From IMG/VR virus record IMGVR_UViG_3300017752_004703, positions 1 to 60,927 of that record: a stretch of 60,927 nt of DNA; one strand, given 5' to 3'. A model generated the notes under the pieces. It ran no database searches, was not told the origin of the DNA, and saw only the letters and a list, made by a program, of their open reading frames with translations. Position numbers and translations under genes: made by a program. Of this stretch, positions 41,401-50,057 are shown piece after piece; position 1 is the first letter of the stretch, and the number at the start of each line of letters is the position of its first letter. The DNA comes from a virus (taxonomy: Duplodnaviria; Caudoviricetes).

Positions 41401-43268
41401 GCCATTTTGGGTATGGTATTTTTAGCTGGAATTCCTTTTCTCCCGTCTTTGTTACTTGTCGAGTTCTGTTCGGAAACGATCAAGGATCTTTGTTTAGGGT
41501 CACCATTTTTATTTAAATAAATGCCGTCTGCCCTAAAATTCTGTAATGCTTGCATCCTTCTATTAAGGTCTACATTAAAAGGTCCTAGCAATCTTTTTTG
41601 TATTTCTCTATCTAAATATATATTTTTGAAAAAACTAAGTGGCTGCTGTTGCCTAGGCCCTGATCCGTCTCGGTATTCTGCTAGTACATTTAAAAAATTG
41701 TATTTTGTTTCCCCTCCTGCCCTTATTCTAGGCATTTTAAAAATACCAAAACTTTTTACTTTCTTATAAAATTCAATCTCAGAATTTAACATACCAAAAC
41801 ATTTTAGTGTGCCTTCTGCTGAGACCTTAGTATTTGAATTTACTGATGACTTAGATATTTCTCCGACTTTGCTTTTAACTTCTACGCTTATAAAATTTAA
41901 ATAAAAACCTTTAATTTGCCCGTTCCATTTGCCTGTATTTGGATCTAAAACAGGAATTAACATATTTATAGAATTCTTATCTCTTGCGTACCAATTATAA
42001 TTTCCGCTATAATCTTCTAGTGTAAAATCAAGTTCGTGTTTTAAAGGTGTCCCATCTAATTCGTTTGTGAATTCATATTCATTATCGGCAGTGTAACCAT
42101 TTAATACATAGCTGGGTTTATATCTAAAAGCGACGAACGGCTTAACTAGATCATCTTGTTTTGTTGCGCTTGAGTTTTGTATTTCAAAGTCAGTAGCTCT
42201 ACCGAATTTACTTTTTACTTGAGTAATAAAGTTGTAAGAGTTGAAAGTATTACCAGAAAGCTCGTAACCATAAGCTTCTAGTTTTACTTTTAAATATTCC
42301 CACTCATATTTATTTGCATTTCTATTGTTAAATATGTCGACAAGGTCGTTCAATCCTTTCCTTGATACAGAGTTGGCTGTTTTTTGAACTCCTGATTCTT
42401 TATAATCTTGTACGCAAGTAGTTTCTGCATAAGAGTAAGGGTTACAAACTCCTTGGGTATACAGGCTCTTGTGATTTCTAAAGACTTCGTTTTCGACATC
42501 GGCCCATGAAGGTGAATATTCAAATATTAAATCGTCACCTACTATACTTTGGTTTATTACGCTTCTGTATACTGTGCTATCGTAATAAAATTTTGAACCT
42601 TGGTATAAAGGCCACTCATATTGACCTCCTTCAGATGCTGGCTTGGTCCACCTTTGGTCGCCGTATTTTTTAACTCCAAGGCTTTTGGTTTTTTCTTTTT
42701 TGCCTTTGTGGTAGTTTACCAAATTAGCTCTTACCCAATAAGACATTGGTTTAGAATTAGAAAAAGATAATCCAGACTTAGATAATATATTTCCTTTAAA
42801 AACGTATGTTTCATATTCTAAAATATTATTATACTTTCCGTATCTGTTTTTGACGACACTCATCGTTGTTTGAAACGCTTTTTGTCTTCTTGGGTTTTCA
42901 AAGTTTAAAGATGTTACTACTGCTATTTCTCTTAATTTACTTATAGCATCCGTTTCTGAATTATGCCCCTCGAAAGCGGCGTCTCCTATTTGTATTTTTT
43001 CTGTTGAAACTGATTGCTCTATTGGTACTCCATTCAAATAAATACCTTGTAGTAACTGACTATTGTCTAGCCTAGAACCAAATCTATTGCAAAGCCCGTC
43101 TATGGGCCCTTGGCACAATAAATCTACAGCTTCTGCGAACTGATAAGAAGCTCCAAGCTTATAAGATCCAACTCTTGGGGGTTGTAATACTGGAGGTTTA
43201 GGTGGGGGCGGTTTTGATCCTCCTTTTTTTGACCCAGCATAAGTAAATTTTTTCTTTAGATGTTTCAT
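38421..43268 (-). CDS. Tail tip / host-specificity protein (lambda gpJ-like)
   Basis: DLLCQGPIDGL, YPFSALVG, WDGTFKLGWSDNPAWILYDLL, FCDA..PRYSCN, AFGVT..QARRYG, RPGDLV and a C-terminal FN3-like domain. Confidence 0.92.
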   Translation of the reverse strand: MKHLKKKFTYAGSKKGGSKPPPPKPPVLQPPRVGSYKLGASYQFAEAVDLLCQGPIDGLCNRFGSRLDNSQLLQGIYLNGVPIEQSVSTEKIQIGDAAFEGHNSETDAISKLREIAVVTSLNFENPRRQKAFQTTMSVVKNRYGKYNNILEYETYVFKGNILSKSGLSFSNSKPMSYWVRANLVNYHKGKKEKTKSLGVKKYGDQRWTKPASEGGQYEWPLYQGSKFYYDSTVYRSVINQSIVGDDLIFEYSPSWADVENEVFRNHKSLYTQGVCNPYSYAETTCVQDYKESGVQKTANSVSRKGLNDLVDIFNNRNANKYEWEYLKVKLEAYGYELSGNTFNSYNFITQVKSKFGRATDFEIQNSSATKQDDLVKPFVAFRYKPSYVLNGYTADNEYEFTNELDGTPLKHELDFTLEDYSGNYNWYARDKNSINMLIPVLDPNTGKWNGQIKGFYLNFISVEVKSKVGEISKSSVNSNTKVSAEGTLKCFGMLNSEIEFYKKVKSFGIFKMPRIRAGGETKYNFLNVLAEYRDGSGPRQQQPLSFFKNIYLDREIQKRLLGPFNVDLNRRMQALQNFRADGIYLNKNGDPKQRSLIVSEQNSTSNKDGRKGIPAKNTIPKMAINLETGKEDWLVSVEEGSSDKRPSTPQHLGFRSFDFSEWNSFKQDYNEKAQPITHVIYNPNVESCYITLNVEGLWDTLHVDEKNWDKSKVVGSKLPTIVNFRVEVGYISPQNSTTKGQFIKVYDRFFRIISLIEGGAAVDIGNPDNMNNSSQLSYVTQLYKDSTGPESEYSGSVVQPFELPDPEVSKGEYGFEQIYKERYVRVTKLSTESNSTLISKTVNLGKVTEIVPRSLNYPFSALVGTKVDSRTFGEIPSRSYDVRMKKIKIPSNYNPLNPGGTDKRYWLNATDLEAAGKSEETRVYDGDWDGTFKLGWSDNPAWILYDLLTDYQIGLGDLIEENQVNKWQLYKIARFCDAVDVNGYFEGVSDNIVQADSPKGGRQPRYSCNTLFEREIKVFDALNLIASNFKGLFYFADSVVSFSDDRIKEPVMVFNNSNVVEGVFNYSSLLKDEQYNAVEVSYIDADDDYEPKFEYLENEKDIRERGIIKTKIDAFGVTNRAQARRYGSHLLYQATQENENVSFSTGLEGILVRPGDLVIIEDELKTLTSNFGRVLEVNNEDKTIRISDVYDEENFEGYLTVYIPTGSQQIEDIEEILLQDRSRHDFFKINNEYSNFKNKGLTGEYAFDSYKEGFREQKLQGLSTKVLKDEYAFYTGELGSTKHFLWYSTQYTGWVFSTGQAFTHNPTYDKYISATSGETDGEWVEDFADFDNSELNYPWYKFKTGGDGRDTESFNLSDSWFDLRETKGAIIDADIKINETRQIKDIKIASGQAADDYSIGYTLYADQNDESSIFLPLIPKGSIYRFKRKNTVDRVYKVSSIEEEDSHSYQVIASQYKSGKYREIEETNYADQSVYVDPYASDYEVDESKYFTLPMPDKVSWTARNIQVLGGNTTITIEGDWRNVKNATGYRLGIRPAFELEYSYYDTQDSTFDFEEITANGQYRLSLQALGAEYDNDDFYSHYLDSPIYYTNLNIDSLEEDTVIDGAVLDGITIN

Positions 43269-43271
43269 TTT

Positions 43272-43928
43272 TTATTGAGGCAATGATACTTCGGATGGGG
43301 ATTCAGATTTAGTATTGTCGTTTCTATATGCGTTACTTTCCATTGCTTGTAGAGGTAATATATTCTGAGGGTATGTCTTAACAGTCCCCTGAACAACTTT
43401 AGAACCTACTCTCATTCTTCCGTAACCAATTGGTACAACAACCCCTTGCGCTGCCGTGTTTGCTCTGTTGGCAAAAGCAAAAGACTTCCCTAATGCTCCT
43501 ACTGTTGATTCTGCGGCTACTGCATCTGGAAATTCTTGTTTAGGAGCTAATAACATAGACAAACCAGCGGAAAGGAAAATACCTCCGAGAACACTTAGTG
43601 CTGTACCGACAGCTCCTGCCACAGCAGCTCCAGCTATCAATCCAGCTACACCTACTACAGCAGCGACAACACCTTGCCCACAAATTATAGGAACAAAGTC
43701 TACCCTTTTAGGTTTTTGATTTTCTATAGAACTAGCGTCTTTAATTGTTTTTCCGTCAATGATCAAGCAGTATTCTAAACCAAGCTCAGATAGAGCATTT
43801 AACTTCTTTAAAAACCCAGACCTATTAGCTTCTATAGCATCAACAAGTGTGTTTATGTTGTCTATATTTAATTTCAATTCTTCACCAAAATCTTCAGCTA
43901 AGATACCGTGTAATTTTATACTAGTCAT
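43272..43928 (-). CDS. Tail assembly protein (lambda gpI-like, ubiquitin-like N-terminus)
   Basis: IKLHGILAEDFG, VDFVPIICGQG, Gly/Ala hydrophobic segment and QGVVVPIGYGRMRVGS. Confidence 0.88.
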   Translation of the reverse strand: MTSIKLHGILAEDFGEELKLNIDNINTLVDAIEANRSGFLKKLNALSELGLEYCLIIDGKTIKDASSIENQKPKRVDFVPIICGQGVVAAVVGVAGLIAGAAVAGAVGTALSVLGGIFLSAGLSMLLAPKQEFPDAVAAESTVGALGKSFAFANRANTAAQGVVVPIGYGRMRVGSKVVQGTVKTYPQNILPLQAMESNAYRNDNTKSESPSEVSLPQ

Positions 43929-44346
43929 TTATCAAAATATTGTTTTTTATTAATTCGTCTTCAAATTTCTCTAACAGTTCTAATTCTGTTTCTGGGTTGT
44001 TTGGTCTGTATATGTAATATTTTTTTGTGTTTAAGGAATAAACAGTAAAAGGTACTCGACTATTCTCAGACATCAAAATATCAAAATCAGATGGCTCCTC
44101 GTCTCCTATAACATGACTATGAAAAATAGTAATTACTTTGTAAGCATCTTTAAATACTAAATATTGCAACGGATCCAAAACAAAATTATGTCTAGGGTCA
44201 GTAGCTATATTCTTTCCTTCTTGAAAAACATATTCTCCGTCACTAAACCCTACCAATCCACATACTTCATTGACAATGGAAAGCTCGCAAAAACTTGCGA
44301 TCTCTTCTAAACATTCTTTTATTGTTTTAAATTTTTTAGTTTTCAT
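43921..44346 (-). CDS. JAB/MPN metalloprotease (gpK-like, no NlpC/P60 domain)
   Basis: EVCGLV and FHSHVIGDEEPSDFD (E...HSH...S..D). Confidence 0.88.
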   Translation of the reverse strand: MKTKKFKTIKECLEEIASFCELSIVNEVCGLVGFSDGEYVFQEGKNIATDPRHNFVLDPLQYLVFKDAYKVITIFHSHVIGDEEPSDFDILMSENSRVPFTVYSLNTKKYYIYRPNNPETELELLEKFEDELIKNNILIND

Positions 44347-44359
44347 TTTTATTTATTAA

Positions 44360-46695
44360 CTAAGAGCTAAATCTATAGCCATCTGTACCAGGAAAACCTC
44401 CAAAAGGTAGCGTTCCGAATTCACCTTCTATAAGTGTTTCTTTCCCTACGTTTGGTGCTCTACCTACTCTATACTGCAAATCGACAAGATCGTAACCATC
44501 TTTTGTAAAAGGGCCTGAGGAATCTCCTCCTCCAAAAGCTGTATTTCGGTCTTTGTAAATTAAATGATTGCCATTGTGATGATCTGTAACATAAAAATCG
44601 CCATCTTGTTCGAATGGTTCTTGCCAAAAATGATAACAATCAGCTAAAACTTCATTGCCTACTCGCCCTTTTTCTTCTTCAACTATGTCCTCCCATCTTT
44701 TAACTATTTCTACTGCGTAAGTAGCTCCTTCCAGAACCGTGTTTTGTTGTGTTTTTAGTGAATTAAGTTGACCGTTAGTCAAGGCTTTTCCCCAGATACC
44801 TACTGAAGCAACTTGCATAGGCTGTTGAGACCACTTTTCTTCGTATGTTGTTGGCTCATCAGTAAATTTACTTATGTCTGTTATATTTAATCCAGAAATA
44901 TCATTGACTGGCATATTTGTAGTTCCCCCAAAGAATACAAATCGATCAGTATCATCTGTAAGCATACGGTCAAGAAAGACTGAGCTTTGAGCTTCTATAA
45001 AAACAGATTCTTTTTCCTCGTCATTGGGGTATGTAACACAAGACCAATTAGCTCTGAATCTCGCTTGACTTTGGGTAGTTCCAGGCGGAGGATATTTATC
45101 TTTCCTCAAGCTAAGTACAAAGTTCTTGCTGTTTTTAACATCGTAACCACCTTCAGGAAGTATAGGTAATCCGTTCCTATTTTTAACCCGAAAATAATCA
45201 TCGTCTGCATTAATTCCAACGAGTTTTATTCTTTGATTTGTTTCTGGGTATACTCCAGAAACTTTAATCGCAGAAAAGGAGTTAAATTCCATATAAGGTT
45301 CTTTTTGTAGACCGAGAACAAATTGACTGTGCGATGTTCCGTAGCCCACAGTTTCTTTTGATGTTTTAAATATAATTTGATCTACATCCTCTTGTCTATC
45401 TTCTTCTTCTACGCCCTGAGGATAAAAATCGTAACGCTGTGGACGGTCTAGAGATTCTATATCCACTAAAAGCGTGAACTCTTTAAAAAGGTCGACAAGA
45501 GCAAATACGGGCGGGGTATTTGAATAGGACCCCCAACCATCTTGTTTATATCTAAAACGGCTTTTGGTTATTTCCGCTACGTCGTTATAATTATTTTTCA
45601 GTTTAAGATATCCTTGATGAACCCCTTCTTCATAACCCTGTAAGTTCCACATTTGCTGTTCGTAGAAATCAGTTTCTAAAAAAACCTTTTGTATTGATGT
45701 TTTTGCAAACCTTGATTTGCATTGGTTTAATTTTTTACCACATCCATCCTTATCCCAATATTCAGGGTTGTCTCTTGGGTCTCTGCCAGGTTTTGCATAT
45801 TTTCTGCATACAAAATAAGTCAAAGAAGATCTAAATACATTCGGATTTCTTACGTCTTGTATTCTGATTCTATCGTTTACAATATAAACTACATGCCCTG
45901 GGTTGTAATCTTTTTGTGAATCATAAAGATCGTTTGCATTAGAAAAAATAAATTCTTCTCCGAAATTTTCCATATTAAGAAAGCTCCTGTCTCGGGACGA
46001 GGCTTTTCTTCTGTTGGAAGCCCAGGGTTGTTTAAGCTCTGTGTTGGATACATCTTCAGTTCCTTTAAAAACATCCTTACCAAAAGTGAAAGGCTTTCCG
46101 TCCTCCCTTTGTACTGGTGCTCCTCTGTAATCGCAACCAGAACCCCTATAGTTCCAAGGGCAATACTTAGCTAGAATCTTTCTATTGGTAAGGTCTCTTG
46201 ATTCTATATCTAACGGTGTCGTTAGCTCCAATTCTACAAACACTTTATTCTCTTGCCTTTTCTGAGATACAAAGTATAAATCGACAGAAATTTCAGCATT
46301 TGAGTCTGATTCTCCCCAAGGGTTTCCGTTTCAAAGTTTTGTTCGTCAAGAAACTTTAAAAAAGTTCTTCGCCTTTCGACTTTGGCGTTTCTGAAATCTT
46401 CGTTATTAGCTAATAAGTTTGTTAGCAATAAGTCTTTATTAGAAATTCTTATTATAGGCCTATTAGGTTTCCCGCTAGAGTTTATTGAAAATCCTTCTAC
46501 CTCCATTGGTATAGGACTATACAACTCTCCCTGCCAGTAAACTCCACCTCCGAATACAGATCCGTTATGTACGTTTAAATAACTCTTTGGTTTGGTCACC
46601 GTGTTTGGATATATTCTGTAAAAATCTATCACAGCTGTAGGCTCCATATCGAAGACAGCTTTCGTTATTTTATCCCTAGACCTTTCTAATGCCAT
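44360..46695 (-). CDS. Minor tail protein (lambda gpL-like) interrupted by a 1-nt frameshift near 46330, with a large C-terminal insertion
   Basis: The N-part reads WQGELYSPIPMEVEGF..RRTFLKFLDEQNF. The shifted frame continues NGNPWGESD..ELTTPLD..CPWNYRGSGC..CGKKLNQCKSRF..PFGGFPG. Confidence 0.85.
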
Positions 46696-46706
46696 ACTAT
46701 ATACCT

Positions 46707-46711
46707 TACAC
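46707..46711 (-). promoter_or_regulatory. GTGTA motif before the tail-tip operon
   Basis: Minus strand reads AAAAATTA-GTGTA-AGGTATATAGT-ATG. Confidence 0.5.
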
Positions 46712-46794
46712 TAATTTTTATATACTACAGTTTAAAAGGCATTTTTAAAAAAAATAAATAGATTTTGTACGTTTTTTACTTACTATAATCTGAA

Positions 46795-46998
46795 ATGAAA
46801 AATATCATCTACAGAGTTAAAGACAAAAAAGGTAAGTACCAGCAGAGTTATTCAGCTTCACTTCCTGATTCGTATTCTTGGGCAAAATCCTGTGCTGACT
46901 TAACCAGAGGCGAGGTTTATGAGGATAAGTTAAATGATTGTGGTCTTACTGAGTCTTCTGTTAAAATTTACCCTAAAAAAAGTAATGGAAATAAGTGA
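46795..46998 (+). CDS. Hypothetical protein
   Basis: 67-aa ORF with TATAAT five nt upstream of the ATG. Confidence 0.65.
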   Translation: MKNIIYRVKDKKGKYQQSYSASLPDSYSWAKSCADLTRGEVYEDKLNDCGLTESSVKIYPKKSNGNK

Positions 46999-47536
46999 TG
47001 TAGACCTTAACTCTGAAGATTTTAAAGAAATTTTAAAGTTATACTTAGTAGAATCTCAGCCTTACAAAGGTTTTTCTGATGATTATTCTAATATGTATAA
47101 AGATGATCGCGTAAAAAACTTTATCAAAAGCGATCTTTCAAGAAGCGATTTCTCTACTTCTTTTGTTTCTAAGCGAGAAGGGCCTCTGTTTTTTCTTTTT
47201 TGTAAAAAAGACATAACAAAAAATAGCTTGCAGATTATATTTCCATTTCCAAACACCAAACTGGTTAATATTACATCCTTTACAAGATGGCCTTTTGCAT
47301 TTTGTCATTTGATGTTAGACCAGCTTGAAAGATCAGGCTTAGATAGAGCTTATGGTACTATAGAGAGAAAAAACAAAAAGTCCAATTACGAGAAAGCATT
47401 AATAAGATTTGGGCACAAAATGTTTGAAATCCAGGATATCGAAGGCGAAAGGTTTAAAAAAGTTGTAATTAAAAAAGAAAACTTAATAGAAGCTCACAAA
47501 AAACTTTCACGTTTATATAAAAAATATGAAAAATGA
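46985..47536 (+). CDS. Hypothetical protein, paralogue of 47533-48075
   Basis: Shared DFK..Y..S.PY, FF.F.KK, FPN and YG.IER..KK.NY motifs; start likely ATG 46985. Confidence 0.7.
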   Translation: MEISDVDLNSEDFKEILKLYLVESQPYKGFSDDYSNMYKDDRVKNFIKSDLSRSDFSTSFVSKREGPLFFLFCKKDITKNSLQIIFPFPNTKLVNITSFTRWPFAFCHLMLDQLERSGLDRAYGTIERKNKKSNYEKALIRFGHKMFEIQDIEGERFKKVVIKKENLIEAHKKLSRLYKKYEK

Positions 47537-48075
47537 AGCACCTGGACTTAATTTTAAAAAAAATAGACTTTGATGACAAAGATTTTAAAAGATTTTTTTC
47601 TTTTTATTATTTAAATTCATTTCCATATGGAGACTCAGCCTCCATGAGGACTATATCTTCTAGAATTAAAGGCTCAGAATCCCTCTTGGATGACTTGAAA
47701 GATAGTGACTTAAGTATTTGCGTTACTGATGAAGATGACTATATGTTCTTCACTTTTTTTAAAAAAGAAAAAGACGGCATAAATCTTAGCTATGGTTTTC
47801 CCAACCAATCAACAAGAAGGCTTGGTACTCTGCATCTTGGTCTTTGTATTTACAAACAAATGCTAGAAGCCTTTGATTTTTTTGGTGTAAATGAAATATA
47901 CGGAGAGATAGAGAGGGTTTTTAAAAAAGCTAACTACAGAAACTGGCTTAAGAGACATCTAAAAGTAAGATATTGCGACAGTCAAGATGGTGGTATAGAT
48001 AGAGTTTACTTTCCAAAAGATGAAATAAAAAAACACTATGAAGAACTGCAAATTAAAAATAATAGGAACAAATAA
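47533..48075 (+). CDS. Hypothetical protein, paralogue of 46985-47536
   Basis: Same motif set; ATGA overlap with the upstream gene. Confidence 0.7.
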   Translation: MKHLDLILKKIDFDDKDFKRFFSFYYLNSFPYGDSASMRTISSRIKGSESLLDDLKDSDLSICVTDEDDYMFFTFFKKEKDGINLSYGFPNQSTRRLGTLHLGLCIYKQMLEAFDFFGVNEIYGEIERVFKKANYRNWLKRHLKVRYCDSQDGGIDRVYFPKDEIKKHYEELQIKNNRNK

Positions 48076-48295
48076 CTCAACAAAGCACCTCGATGGCAAG
48101 ATATTATCTGGTGATTGCGGTTTTTTAATAAAAACTGGCTTCCTAAAAGAATTGGTTCTTGATGATCAGAAGTTCATTTTTGATGTTAAATCTATAGAGC
48201 TTATTGATTTTGATGTTTTCCTCAAAGGTTTTATTTCTGACGAAAACAAAAATGTTGGAAGAGTTGTGATGAAATATTTGCCAAAAATAGATTAG
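48038..48295 (+). CDS. Hypothetical protein
   Basis: 85-aa ORF continuing the operon. Confidence 0.6.
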   Translation: MKNCKLKIIGTNNSTKHLDGKILSGDCGFLIKTGFLKELVLDDQKFIFDVKSIELIDFDVFLKGFISDENKNVGRVVMKYLPKID

Positions 48296-48311
48296 TTGTG
48301 TATGTATTTGT

Positions 48312-48563
48312 ATGTCGACATCAACACAATCTACCCTTTTAAAACAAGTAGGTCACTACGGCGGAGAGCGTCTCGTAGGTGATCAAACAGTGTCTGGCAA
48401 ATTCATGGCTATACATGCTCTGGCTGACACAACAGTACAGGCTGGCACTGAAGGAAGCATAGGCAATTTCGTTGGAGCTACAATCGTCCTTGGTGACGTT
48501 ATCGTGGGACAATGGACAACACTTCATCTCTCAGGAGACGCTATAGTATATTACGCAGACTAA
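48312..48563 (+). CDS. Small beta-rich putative virion protein
   Basis: SGKFMAIHALAD...GDVIVGQWTTLHLSGDAIVY; GTGTA starts 14 nt before the ATG. Confidence 0.65.
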   Translation: MSTSTQSTLLKQVGHYGGERLVGDQTVSGKFMAIHALADTTVQAGTEGSIGNFVGATIVLGDVIVGQWTTLHLSGDAIVYYAD

Positions 48564-48761
48564 ATGAGAACCTTAAGACTACTCGGCAACACAATAAGAA
48601 GACGGTTTGTGGCTGTAGTCTTAGCTGCTGGCTGTTGTCTTGAGTTATGGAAAGATAATGAAGCATGGGATGACGATTGCGCCTGGGCTGATAACTGCGA
48701 CGATACATGGTACACCTTAGAAATCTGGGACAACGATCAAGTTTGGCCTATCTGTGAGTAA
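48564..48761 (+). CDS. Small Trp/Asp/Cys-rich protein
   Basis: Abuts the upstream stop codon; Trp recurs mostly every six residues. Confidence 0.6.
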   Translation: MRTLRLLGNTIRRRFVAVVLAAGCCLELWKDNEAWDDDCAWADNCDDTWYTLEIWDNDQVWPICE

Positions 48762-48789
48762 CTAAAAATTTAAAGAAAATATATAAAAT

Positions 48790-49212
48790 ATGGCACAAAA
48801 CACCTTTATACCCGACGGGTCAAGTACCCATTTAAACGCTAGAAACGTATGGAATGCTAACGGACTGGATGCAGAGGCAAGGCTTTCCTCTCTTGAACTC
48901 GTAGCTCCTCAGGTTGTTGTTTCTTCTGGGGGCGTTTTATCTTTTGACAATTCTCTGGGAGGTAATCTTTCGGTAGAGCTTTTTGAAGATATTACTGATA
49001 TTTCCTTCACAAATGTGAACAACGGAGATTCTGGCTTGATAGAAGTGACGCAAGATGCTCTTGGCTCTTGGACTTGGTCCGCAGGTTCTCATACGGTACT
49101 GTCTGGCGACTTGGCTGACATATTTAACATAACACCAACGACAGGGGTAGCAACAATAGGATGGTATTATAACGATTCAATACTTTATCTGTTTGTTAGT
49201 GAAGCAGTATAA
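48790..49212 (+). CDS. Putative tail fibre/structural protein
   Basis: N-terminus shared with 50058; C-terminal beta domain (FTNVNNGDSGLIEVTQDALGS). Confidence 0.6.
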   Translation: MAQNTFIPDGSSTHLNARNVWNANGLDAEARLSSLELVAPQVVVSSGGVLSFDNSLGGNLSVELFEDITDISFTNVNNGDSGLIEVTQDALGSWTWSAGSHTVLSGDLADIFNITPTTGVATIGWYYNDSILYLFVSEAV

Positions 49213-49226
49213 AAATTTATTATAAA

Positions 49227-49718
49227 ATGAAAACTTATCAATTAATAAACCTTAGCCCACTAAAGCTCCAATACAAAAGCCTTAATGGATTGCCTTCTTC
49301 TTTAACTCGGGAGGCTGACCCTCCTCAAACACCAGAGGGTTATGATTATGTAGAGAACTTACCTATTCCTGAAGAAGAAGCTCCAGAAGGTCAATATTAC
49401 GTTAGAAACCTGACTGTAGAATCTTATGGTTGGAAGCTTGAAGATATTCCAGAGCAAATTATTGATTCTGTAACTAGAATTCAAATGAGAGACACTCTTA
49501 TTCAAGAAGGTTTGTTTGATTCTGTAGAAGTTATTATAGCGGGCATGCCAGAAACAACAGATCAAGAAATCATTGATAAAAAGAAAATGAATGATTGGTG
49601 GAACCATGCTCCTAATTTTAGGCGCGATAATATCCGTATAGCTACAATGCAAGCAGCGTTAGGATTAACAGACGAAGAGGTTGACGATTTATTCTTATCC
49701 GCATCACTAGTAGATTAA
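49227..49718 (+). CDS. Putative tail fibre-associated protein
   Basis: VTRIQMRDTL..WWNHAPNFRRD..ALGLTDEEVDDLF pattern seen in phage fibre-associated proteins. Confidence 0.6.
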   Translation: MKTYQLINLSPLKLQYKSLNGLPSSLTREADPPQTPEGYDYVENLPIPEEEAPEGQYYVRNLTVESYGWKLEDIPEQIIDSVTRIQMRDTLIQEGLFDSVEVIIAGMPETTDQEIIDKKKMNDWWNHAPNFRRDNIRIATMQAALGLTDEEVDDLFLSASLVD

Positions 49719-49720
49719 CA

Positions 49721-50053
49721 ATGAGTTTGCTGAATGAAATATCAAATCCAGATAGCGATTTAAAAAAGAAAGCATCTAGAATTAGATATATAAACCTTAC
49801 AATAATAAAAGAAATAATAAGATTCTGGAACGAAAGCAACGATTCTATATGGAATAGCTCAAACCCTCAACAGGTTCTAGATGAATTAGGAGAAGACGCT
49901 GAAGAAATTTTAGAAATAGACAAAGAAATATTAAATCTACTTTCAAACATACTAGGTGGTCGCCGTCAATCAGAGCTTGATTCAATAATTGCTAAGATAT
50001 CAACTAGACCACAAATATCAACAGATAGCAACGGAAACACAAAAATAATTTAA
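49721..50053 (+). CDS. Hypothetical protein
   Basis: 110-aa helical ORF within the operon. Confidence 0.6.
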   Translation: MSLLNEISNPDSDLKKKASRIRYINLTIIKEIIRFWNESNDSIWNSSNPQQVLDELGEDAEEILEIDKEILNLLSNILGGRRQSELDSIIAKISTRPQISTDSNGNTKII

Positions 50054-50057
50054 AACA

